64,000 nt of DNA from an uncultured SAR86 cluster bacterium (GTDB taxonomy: Bacteria; Pseudomonadota; Gammaproteobacteria; Magnimaribacterales; D2472), in contig CACMFH010000003.1 of NCBI GenBank assembly GCA_902612915.1, positions 204-64,203 on the forward strand, given 5' to 3'. Positions 33,230-40,417 of this stretch are shown in pieces. The notes under the pieces were generated by a model, which searched no databases, had not been told where the DNA came from, and worked only from the letters and a program-made list of their open reading frames with translations. The position numbers and the translations under genes were made by a program. The stretch's first letter is position 1, and each line of letters opens with the position of its first letter.

Positions 33230-33662
33230 AATCTTTTAGCATTATCTTTAATTCTAATGAATGTTGTTCCTCTTCTCCGATTTGTGCTCTAGCATATTCT
33301 TCTAAATATACAGATTTATTTTCAACACAATTTAAAAGTTTTTTGTATAGACTTAATGCAAAAAGTTCATGTTCCAAACTTTCTTCCAAAATATCTTTAA
33401 TAGTATGTCTATTTGTTTCTTCAATCTTTGCAATCTTTTGACTAGGATGTCCATCTAGACCAGCAATTTTTTCTCCAGCAAGTTGAGCATGCAGGAGAGA
33501 TTCCTCAGCTTGTTCTTTAAGAAATGTAACAATTGGTAATCTATAGGGTCCACTTACCATCATCGAAGAGTGAGTGTACCTAACAACACCCGCAAGTTCA
33601 TATTCCATTATTTCATTTAAAATGTCACAAACTTCTTTAGTATTTATCTCGTTATTTTCCAT
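33222..33662 (-). CDS. Bacterioferritin-like / ferritin-like di-iron protein
   Basis: Four-helix-bundle pattern with E, ExxH, E, ExxH ligands (MEYELAG, EQAEESLLHAQ, LEHELFA, EEEQHSLE). Start ATG 33662 has AGGAG about 10 nt upstream. Confidence 0.7.
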   Translation of the reverse strand: MENNEINTKEVCDILNEIMEYELAGVVRYTHSSMMVSGPYRLPIVTFLKEQAEESLLHAQLAGEKIAGLDGHPSQKIAKIEETNRHTIKDILEESLEHELFALSLYKKLLNCVENKSVYLEEYARAQIGEEEQHSLELKIMLKDFS

Positions 33663-33749
33663 TACAATTTTTCTCCTAGTATTTGTTAAATTACGCAAAG
33701 TATAATACTATTATACATATTGTAAAGTACTGATATAAGGTATTTTTTT

Positions 33750-33774
33750 AATGATAATCACTATGATTATCATT
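33750..33774. promoter_or_regulatory. Fur-box-like perfect palindrome upstream of the bacterioferritin-like gene
   Basis: AATGATAATCA-cta-TGATTATCATT has 11-bp perfect arms. It contains GATAAT/ATTATC hexamers as in the Fur consensus GATAATGATAATCATTATC. It lies about 25 nt upstream of a candidate -35/-10 (TTTACA-N16-TATACT) for the 33662 gene. Confidence 0.45.
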
Positions 33775-33775
33775 C

Positions 33776-34096
33776 TCATTTAGATAGTAGTTTATATTTA
33801 TAGAATAATATAAATGCTATTACTGCATAACCAATTTTAGATAGTGAGTAAATCACTGGTAATTTTATTATCTTTGCAATCCAAGCATAACCTTTAGTTC
33901 TCTCCCAAACATAGACAAAGGCATCAACTCCAGATATTTCTGTTCCATTTTCAAATCTAACATGGAGTTTTTTAAGATACTTATCTCCCATCTCACTGCA
34001 ATTAACGAAGTTTAAATCTGATCTTTTTTTGTAATGTTTTATTTCAAAATTGCATATAGAGCATTTTTCATTAAATAATATCTTCGACTCATTCAT
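33776..34096 (-). CDS. DCC-family thiol-disulfide oxidoreductase (DUF393)
   Basis: N-terminal CxxC (FNEKCSICNFEI) followed by a C-terminal hydrophobic segment. Size and layout are typical of DUF393. Confidence 0.6.
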   Translation of the reverse strand: MNESKILFNEKCSICNFEIKHYKKRSDLNFVNCSEMGDKYLKKLHVRFENGTEISGVDAFVYVWERTKGYAWIAKIIKLPVIYSLSKIGYAVIAFILFYKYKLLSK

Positions 34097-34162
34097 TTTT
34101 GATTTTAAAAAAATATATAATTTAGAATAATTATACAGTTTAATTTTTTATCGAGGACTTTT

Positions 34163-34405
34163 ATGAAATTACTATTACCTATAATTTTTTTAATGCCAGT
34201 ATTTTTATTTGCGACAGAAGAAACTGATGATAGAAAAGTGAGTGATCTATCAATTAATGAGTTAAAAGAAATTGTTCGTTTGATTGTGGAAGAGAGCATC
34301 GAACAATGTACCGTGACAGGGACAATGGAAGGAAGAGCAAAAGTTAATTTGAAAGTTGAGGGAGAGGTCGTTGCAAAAATGACCTGCGACTTTGAAAAAG
34401 AGTAA
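34163..34405 (+). CDS. Small secreted protein, unknown function
   Basis: 80 aa with GAGGA 5 nt upstream of the ATG and a clear signal peptide (MKLLLPIIFLMPVFLFA). The mature part is acidic with two Cys. Confidence 0.55.
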   Translation: MKLLLPIIFLMPVFLFATEETDDRKVSDLSINELKEIVRLIVEESIEQCTVTGTMEGRAKVNLKVEGEVVAKMTCDFEKE

Positions 34406-34407
34406 AA

Positions 34408-34605
34408 ATGGAAAATAAAAAAAATTTCTTCAAATTTTTTGAACATGGCTGGAATAAGATTTTTGGAAAAGAGGAAGATTCAACATCGTTGAGATCTAAA
34501 AGTTTGTTTAGAGCAGTAAAAGGTATTCAGAATGTTGGCACACCACATGACTGGGAAGATTATGAAAAATATAAAAAAGAATTAGATAAAAATGAAACAG
34601 ATTAA
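34408..34605 (+). CDS. Small hypothetical protein
   Basis: 65-aa ORF starting 2 nt after the upstream stop and overlapping the DUF2237 start by 14 nt. No motif. It is supported mainly by tight packing, since this genome rarely leaves about 190 nt non-coding. Confidence 0.4.
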   Translation: MENKKNFFKFFEHGWNKIFGKEEDSTSLRSKSLFRAVKGIQNVGTPHDWEDYEKYKKELDKNETD

Positions 34606-34960
34606 TATTTTTGACGAAGTGATTGAAGAATGTTGTTCAAATCCTATTACTGGTTATTTTAGAGACGGGTTTTGTCACACTGACGAGCTTGATAGAGGTC
34701 TCCATGTTGTCTGCGCTCAAGTAACTTCAGAATTTTTAGAATTCTCAAAGAGCAGAGGCAATGATTTATCTACTCCACGACCTGAGTTTGAATTCCCTGG
34801 CCTCAAAGAAGGAGATTCTTGGTGTTTATGTGCTGAAAGGTGGAAAGAAGCTTATGAATGTGGTTTTGCGCCTAAAATTTTTTTAAAAAGAACCAATAAA
34901 AAAGCTTTAAAAGTTATAGATTTAGATATCCTTAAGGATTTTGCAATAGATTTAGAATAG
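34592..34960 (+). CDS. DUF2237 family protein
   Basis: Motifs CSNPITGYFRDGFCHT, HVVCAQVTSEFLEFSKSRGNDLSTP and GDSWCLCAERW match the DUF2237 conserved blocks as I remember them. Confidence 0.7.
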   Translation: MKQINIFDEVIEECCSNPITGYFRDGFCHTDELDRGLHVVCAQVTSEFLEFSKSRGNDLSTPRPEFEFPGLKEGDSWCLCAERWKEAYECGFAPKIFLKRTNKKALKVIDLDILKDFAIDLE

Positions 34961-34976
34961 TTTTAAAAAACATAAA

Positions 34977-35174
34977 TTATTTGAATATATTAAAAAATAT
35001 AGAAACGATAATGCTTAAAATAATACATGTAATTATCGGGAACGCAAAGGTGTATTTATCCGTTGAGTAAAATATGTCACCAGGAAGGCGACCAAGCGGA
35101 ATCTTTGATAATAACGGGAAAAAAACTCCTATTAAGAATATTATTGATCCTGTAATAATTAGAATTTTTTGCAT
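34977..35174 (-). CDS. DUF2905 small membrane protein
   Basis: 65 aa with two TM helices flanking the GRLPGDI motif typical of DUF2905. Confidence 0.6.
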   Translation of the reverse strand: MQKILIITGSIIFLIGVFFPLLSKIPLGRLPGDIFYSTDKYTFAFPIITCIILSIIVSIFFNIFK

Positions 35175-35242
35175 TATTGTTGATTATAAACTAGTTTAGG
35201 TTTTACTAATGAATAAGACATTATCACTTACTGGGAAAATGC

Positions 35243-35587
35243 TTAATCACAAGAATCAAAATCAAAACAACTTACTCCATGTTCTTTTTCAAAAGCCCAT
35301 TTTCGTAAATCATTATTTTTTTCTAATAATTGGTTAATTTGGTTTAAGTGTTCATTTAAAATCCTTTGTTGAAACCTCAGCTCAGCTCTCTTTTGTTTAG
35401 ATTTATGAAAGCGTATTGCATGTTTTAATCTTAGAGCACTAAACTCTAACCTGCTCTCTAACTCCCTCAACATAAAATAAATGTCCCATACATGAAAGCT
35501 TATTTTGGTGAACTCTGATGAATCTTTATACCATTTAGGCCACATACCGCCTCTTAAAGTTCGATACTTATTTAATTTTTTTATCAT
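35243..35587 (-). CDS. Hypothetical basic/coiled protein, third gene of the umuDC operon
   Basis: 114-aa ORF. Its ATG (35587) directly abuts the umuC TAA (35588-35590). It is Lys/Arg-rich and helical, with a C-terminal CFDFDSC. No family recognised. Confidence 0.55.
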   Translation of the reverse strand: MIKKLNKYRTLRGGMWPKWYKDSSEFTKISFHVWDIYFMLRELESRLEFSALRLKHAIRFHKSKQKRAELRFQQRILNEHLNQINQLLEKNNDLRKWAFEKEHGVSCFDFDSCD

Positions 35588-36850
35588 TTAATTTACCTTT
35601 GGTAAGTCATACCAATTAGTTGTATATTTAGGTGAAGTCATGTTTTGTTTCATAGGGGACCATTTTTTTGTATTTTGTGACGCATAATAAATTTGAGTTT
35701 CATAGGAATTCATTTGATCAAGATATTTCATTAGTTTTGTATTTTGTTTAGGGTCATTGGGATCTTTAAACAGAGAATGTTGTTTAACTTGCTCGTTAGT
35801 AAATTTATTTAAGATTATTCCTGCTTTTGCATAATCATATCCAGGTCTGAAGATAGGCAATAATCCCTTTTTTGCTGCTGTAAGAATATCTCTAGTATCG
35901 TTTGTAGGGGTAATTAGTCCAATTGTTCTCAGATCCGAGTGTTGAGGTTTATTTTTATTAAAAGGGCTAGTTCTTACAAAGACAGAAACTTGAGAACATT
36001 TTTGCTTTTCACTTCTTAACTTTTCTGCTGCTCTAACAGCAAAATTACTAACTATAGGTTTTAACGTTTCTAAATTAGAAACTCTTTCACCAAAGCTCCT
36101 ACTCACAACAATTTGTTTTTTTGACGAAATGTCATCCTCAATATTAAGACATCTTTCGCCTCTTAATTCTCGAACAGTCCTTTCTAAAACTACACTAAAT
36201 TTCTTTCTAATGTTTTGAGGATTAACGTTTGCAAGATCTAATGCTGTATTGATACCAGCATTATTTAAGTGATCATTTAATCTTCTTCCAACTCCCCATA
36301 CTTTACCTACTGGAGTATGCTGCAAGGCAATTTTGATTTGTTTCTCATTTGATAGATCAATTACTGAGGTCGGTATATTTTTTCTTTTAATTTCATTTAT
36401 AGCAATCTTACTTAAAGTTTTGTTTGGAGCTATTCCTATTCGAACTGGAATTCCTGTCCATTGCCTCACTAAAGATCTTATATGACAACCAAAATCATAC
36501 AAATTATAGTTTTGCTTCAAAGTATCTAAATCCAGAAAGGCCTCATCGATACTGTATATTTCAACTCTTGGAACAAATCCCTCAAGTATATTCATTACTC
36601 TGGCCGATATATCTCCATAAAATGTAAAATTTGATGAAAACACTTTTCCATTTTGCTTCAGAAAAGATTCTCTAACCTTAAACCATGGAACACCCATTGC
36701 GATTCCCATCTTTTTTGCTTCTGTACTTCTTGCTATAACACAACCATCATTATTAGAAAGTACAACAATAGGAACGTTTTTTAGGTCTGGACGAAAAATT
36801 CTTTCACAAGAGGCATAAAAACTTTCACAGTCAACAAGAGCAAAAGCCAT
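35588..36850 (-). CDS. umuC: Translesion DNA polymerase V catalytic subunit (Y-family)
   Basis: Motifs FALVDCESFYASCERIFRP, VVLSNNDGCVIARS, SIDEAFLD and VWGVGRR. The ATG overlaps the umuD stop (TAATG). Confidence 0.9.
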   Translation of the reverse strand: MAFALVDCESFYASCERIFRPDLKNVPIVVLSNNDGCVIARSTEAKKMGIAMGVPWFKVRESFLKQNGKVFSSNFTFYGDISARVMNILEGFVPRVEIYSIDEAFLDLDTLKQNYNLYDFGCHIRSLVRQWTGIPVRIGIAPNKTLSKIAINEIKRKNIPTSVIDLSNEKQIKIALQHTPVGKVWGVGRRLNDHLNNAGINTALDLANVNPQNIRKKFSVVLERTVRELRGERCLNIEDDISSKKQIVVSRSFGERVSNLETLKPIVSNFAVRAAEKLRSEKQKCSQVSVFVRTSPFNKNKPQHSDLRTIGLITPTNDTRDILTAAKKGLLPIFRPGYDYAKAGIILNKFTNEQVKQHSLFKDPNDPKQNTKLMKYLDQMNSYETQIYYASQNTKKWSPMKQNMTSPKYTTNWYDLPKVN

Positions 36851-37278
36851 TAGAATTTATTAATTGCTGCGGTTACAGTTCCTACTATTTCTAATTCTTG
36901 TCCACTATTAATGAAGATAGGAGGGTACTCAGGATTTTCAGGCATTAAACACATTCTTGGTTTGAGCTTTAATCTTTTACATACAAATTCGCCATCTATA
37001 GTTGCTACCACAATACTGTTGTGAGAAGGCTTTATACTTCTATCGACGATCAAGACTGCTTGATCGGTAATGCCAGAACCAACCATGGATTGTCCCTGCG
37101 CTCTAACCAGAAAAGTTGCAGCACCATTTTTTATTAGGTGTTTATTTAAGTCTATTGGACTTTCAATATAGTCGCTTGCCGGACTGGGGAATCCGGCATG
37201 GACTGATTCAAGAAAATAGGGCACAAATATTGCCGGCAGATTTTCTTCAGAAATTTTTCCGATATAGTCAACTTTCAT
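36850..37278 (-). CDS. umuD: Translesion polymerase V accessory subunit, LexA-like self-cleaving peptidase S24
   Basis: Cleavage site HAGFPSPA, catalytic Ser (GQSM) and Lys (FVCKRL). SOS box 7 nt upstream. Confidence 0.9.
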   Translation of the reverse strand: MKVDYIGKISEENLPAIFVPYFLESVHAGFPSPASDYIESPIDLNKHLIKNGAATFLVRAQGQSMVGSGITDQAVLIVDRSIKPSHNSIVVATIDGEFVCKRLKLKPRMCLMPENPEYPPIFINSGQELEIVGTVTAAINKF

Positions 37279-37285
37279 GGGTTAA

Positions 37286-37305
37286 TACTGTATATATATA
37301 CAGTA
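37286..37305. promoter_or_regulatory. LexA (SOS) box upstream of umuD
   Basis: TACTGTATATATATACAGTA is a 20/20 match to TACTG(TA)5CAGTA. Confidence 0.9.
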
Positions 37306-37337
37306 TATTTAAATCTAATTATTTGTAAAGTAGTTAA

Positions 37338-38051
37338 TCAAGCAATAGAAAATTTTTCTAAATTATATGATTCATCGTCAAGACGAAGATACCAACCAAA
37401 GTCATCCCAATCGCCAAGAACAATACGTTTTGAGGATGCATATTCATGAATATTAGGTCTGTGAGTGTGACCATGAATAAATATGTCAGGAGAGTAATCG
37501 TCAATAATTTTTTTGACCGATGACTCGTTAACATCAGTGATTTCTATGGATTTATCTTGGGTTGCATCATTGCTATCACTTCTTAGTTTTGATGCAATTT
37601 CACTTCTTTCTTCAATTGACTTACTCAAAAAATTATCTTGCCAGGCTTTATCTCTAACCTGATTTCTAAAATTAATGTAATCAACGTCATCAGTACACAA
37701 GAAGTCTCCATGACTTAAGAGAACTTTTTTATTATGCATAGTAATTTCAAATGGATCGGGAAGAAGTTTAATACCAGTATCAGTCAAAAATTTCTCACTT
37801 ATTAAAAAATCTCTATTACCATGCATAAGAAAGGTATCTGGTCCATTAGTTGTAAACTTTAAAAGTTCAGATTTTATGTTGTTTATAAAACTTGTTTCAT
37901 AATCATCACCAATCCAAACTTCAAATAAGTCTCCAAGAATAAAAAGTTGTGAGCAAGATTCTTTATAATCTTTAAGAAAGTTTATAAAAGCAGAAGATAG
38001 TTTATTATTACTTTCGCTTAAATGTATGTCCGATATAAAAAAGGATGTCAT
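37338..38051 (-). CDS. lpxH: UDP-2,3-diacylglucosamine diphosphatase
   Basis: Metallophosphoesterase motifs [24 protein letters not shown] and HGHTHRP. Paired with an upstream PPIase as in E. coli ppiB-lpxH. Confidence 0.9.
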   Translation of the reverse strand: MTSFFISDIHLSESNNKLSSAFINFLKDYKESCSQLFILGDLFEVWIGDDYETSFINNIKSELLKFTTNGPDTFLMHGNRDFLISEKFLTDTGIKLLPDPFEITMHNKKVLLSHGDFLCTDDVDYINFRNQVRDKAWQDNFLSKSIEERSEIASKLRSDSNDATQDKSIEITDVNESSVKKIIDDYSPDIFIHGHTHRPNIHEYASSKRIVLGDWDDFGWYLRLDDESYNLEKFSIA

Positions 38052-38656
38052 TCAGAGATAGTAACTGACTCAATAGTTATCACTTCTTCAGGAACGTCTT
38101 GATAGGCTCCAGATGATCCAGTTGTAACTTCTGCTATTTGATCAACAACATCCATACCTTCGGTAACCATACCAAATACAGCATATCCCCATCCTTGAGA
38201 TGTTTCACCAGTATGATTTAGAAATGCGTTGTCCTTGTGATTAATAAAGAACTGACTTGTAGCTGAGTGTGGATCCATCGTTCTAGCCATTGCAATAGTA
38301 CCTCTGTCATTTGGCAATCCATTATTGGCTTCATTTTGTATAGGACCGGTTCCACTAGGCTTATTATTCATGTCAGCAGTTAATCCACCGCCTTGAATCA
38401 TGAAACCATTTATAACTCTATGAAATATTGTTCCTTCATAATATCCACTTGAGGCAATAGTTTTAAAATTTTCAACTGTTATAGGTGCTTTCTCGTCATT
38501 AAGTTCAAGTTGAATGTCTCCAACAGATGTTTTTATTGTTACTTGTGTCATTTTATTCTCCATAAGATTATTAGCTTCATCATTTTCAATAACATCCACA
38601 CATGAGGTTAATGCGACTAAAAGAGGTATAAAGATTTTAAAGTTTCTAGTTTTCAA
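38048..38656 (-). CDS. Cyclophilin-type peptidyl-prolyl cis-trans isomerase, lipoprotein-type signal
   Basis: Motifs [14 protein letters not shown] and SATSQFFIN. The N-terminal signal has a lipobox-like LTSC. Confidence 0.85.
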   Translation of the reverse strand: MKTRNFKIFIPLLVALTSCVDVIENDEANNLMENKMTQVTIKTSVGDIQLELNDEKAPITVENFKTIASSGYYEGTIFHRVINGFMIQGGGLTADMNNKPSGTGPIQNEANNGLPNDRGTIAMARTMDPHSATSQFFINHKDNAFLNHTGETSQGWGYAVFGMVTEGMDVVDQIAEVTTGSSGAYQDVPEEVITIESVTISE

Positions 38657-38690
38657 TGATTCGCCTTAGATATTAATATTGATTTTATCA

Positions 38691-39809
38691 TCAAAATTCA
38701 TAGTTCATCATGTAGTTTTTAAAACAGTCTTTAACTTTAGCTTCGTTTAAACCAAATTCTTCTATTGAATATGAATGCTTTTCTTTTTTTAACTTACTCT
38801 GATTTATTAGATAGTTTTTAATTTTATTTTCGGTTTCAATATCCATATCAAATTCAAAGTTTTGATATATATCTTTCAAAATGTTTAAAGGATCATCTAT
38901 AAAATTGCTATAACTAATATCGATGATTTGATCTGAGGAAAGGTTTTCTTTAGCTTGGATGCCTTTTTGAAGACTGTGTTGCCAAAAGTCTAAAATAACT
39001 TCACCAATTTGCTCTGGATTTACATTCTTTGAGAACGCAGATCTTATATTTTTAGCAAGGCTGCAAAAAGATGCTACCGATTCCATAGGATCTCTATGTA
39101 TATTTATAAATTTTGCATTTGGATAAGTGGTTAATATTTCTGGAATATGACCTATATGACTTGGATCTTTAAGTAACCATCTTTTTGGTCTTCCATTAAT
39201 TTCTAGGACTTGAAAAAATCGTTTATGCCATTTAAAAACAGAATCAAAGCTACAGTCTTTTAGATACTCTACGTATTCAGGAACATTTGCCATACACATA
39301 TAGACAAAACTTCTTACATTTATGGTTGCAAGGAGTTCACATTCTTCTGGTGAATTTGCTCTTATATGATGCATGTTTCTTAATTTAGGAATAATTGTTC
39401 TTGCAAACTTTAATTCAGCATTGATCTTCCATTCCCGTCTTTTAATATCAAATTTATTTTTAACTAATGGCATCAAGGACATTATTTCCCAATATCTAGG
39501 AGACCTATGACTATTATCAAGACCAAGTAAATTAAAAAGAAAAGTAGTACCTGACCTTGGAAGACCAGTAACAAAAACAGGATCAGCTGGAGAGGGGAGA
39601 TCTCTGTCTTTTACAAAGTCATATAATTTACTTCTCATTTTTAGCCTATCTTTAAGCTGATTTTTAAATGCTATGGAACCAAAAAGATTAAATTCGTTAT
39701 TTTTATTGGCTGAATTTATCAGAATTTCAAGTGGCTCAGTATAGTCATCCTCTCCAAGTTTTCCCTCGAGTCCACTTAGCATGCTTTTGACGCTTATTTT
39801 ATTAATCAC
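38691..39809 (-). CDS. Sulfotransferase family protein
   Basis: PAPS 5'-phosphosulfate-binding loop GLPRSGTTFLFNLL and a later RDP segment. 372 aa and cytosolic. Confidence 0.65.
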   Translation of the reverse strand: MINKISVKSMLSGLEGKLGEDDYTEPLEILINSANKNNEFNLFGSIAFKNQLKDRLKMRSKLYDFVKDRDLPSPADPVFVTGLPRSGTTFLFNLLGLDNSHRSPRYWEIMSLMPLVKNKFDIKRREWKINAELKFARTIIPKLRNMHHIRANSPEECELLATINVRSFVYMCMANVPEYVEYLKDCSFDSVFKWHKRFFQVLEINGRPKRWLLKDPSHIGHIPEILTTYPNAKFINIHRDPMESVASFCSLAKNIRSAFSKNVNPEQIGEVILDFWQHSLQKGIQAKENLSSDQIIDISYSNFIDDPLNILKDIYQNFEFDMDIETENKIKNYLINQSKLKKEKHSYSIEEFGLNEAKVKDCFKNYMMNYEF

Positions 39810-39870
39810 TTTTAAAATTATTTATAATAGATATAAGATAACTCTATATAAGCAAATCTACAATTTATCC

Positions 39871-40290
39871 ATGAATATTCTTTTTTTATGTGTTGGAAAT
39901 TCTGCAAGAAGTCAAATCGCTGAAGGTCTTGCTGTTGATATGTTCGGACAAAATCATACCATTAAGAGTGCTGGGTCTGATCCTGTTGGTGAAGTACATC
40001 CTTTTGCTGTAAAAACGCTCAAAGATATTGGAATTGATATTAGTAGCAATAAGTCAAAATCCATAAATGACTTAGATAAAGATTTTTTGGATAATCTAGA
40101 TTTTGCAATAACACTATGTGCTGAAGAGATTTGCCCAGTTTTACCAACGGATGCTATTTCTTTACACTGGATAAATGAAGATCCCGCTATGAATAATTTA
40201 AACGATGTCCAATTAAATATGGCTTTTCAAAAAACTAGAGAAAATATTTATAATTTGATGAAAAAATTTATGATTGAGAATAATTTGTGA
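39871..40290 (+). CDS. Low-molecular-weight phosphotyrosine phosphatase family / ArsC-type arsenate reductase
   Basis: P-loop CVGNSARSQ (C-X5-R-S) at the N-terminus and a downstream Cys pair (TLCAEEICP). Start ATG 39871, since the track start would add an implausible leader. Confidence 0.7.
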   Translation: MNILFLCVGNSARSQIAEGLAVDMFGQNHTIKSAGSDPVGEVHPFAVKTLKDIGIDISSNKSKSINDLDKDFLDNLDFAITLCAEEICPVLPTDAISLHWINEDPAMNNLNDVQLNMAFQKTRENIYNLMKKFMIENNL

Positions 40291-40297
40291 AGTTAAA

Positions 40298-40372
40298 TGG
40301 CTCCTCAGGTTGGGATCGAACCAACGACCAATTGATTAACAGTCAACTGCTCTACCGCTGAGCTACTGAGGA
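40298..40372 (-). tRNA. tRNA-Asn (anticodon GTT)
   Basis: Folded by hand as acceptor TCCTCAG/CTGAGGA, D arm GCTC-AGCGGTA-GAGC, anticodon arm GTTGA-CTGTTAA-TCAAT, T arm GTTGG-TTCGATC-CCAAC, discriminator G and an encoded CCA. 75 nt. Confidence 0.95.
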
Positions 40373-40417
40373 ACGCTAATAGCAGAGCATTATAAGTAAT
40401 TTTTTATATATAAGTAA

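Noticed and set aside
33750-33774. The 11-3-11 palindrome as an intrinsic terminator for the DCC gene
   Set aside because: The stem is almost pure A/T, and it is followed by an A-run rather than a U-tract on the transcribed (-) strand. An operator interpretation fits better.
34105-34446. 113-aa minus-strand ORF overlapping the 80-aa and 65-aa plus-strand ORFs
   Set aside because: The plus-strand reading has a GAGGA SD, a clean signal peptide and tight coupling to DUF2237. The minus-strand product is low-complexity (F/S/I/T-rich) and would overlap the DCC gene's upstream region. Expression data could still overturn this choice.
37291-37300. (TA)5 microsatellite
   Set aside because: It is the central spacer of the consensus LexA box TACTG(TA)5CAGTA, not an independent repeat.
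40298-40372. tRNA-Asn as an integration site for a genomic island (sulfotransferase/ArsC side)
   Set aside because: I found no integrase and no direct repeat of the tRNA 3' end in the neighbouring intergenic regions. Flanking genes have the same composition and packing as the rest of the window.
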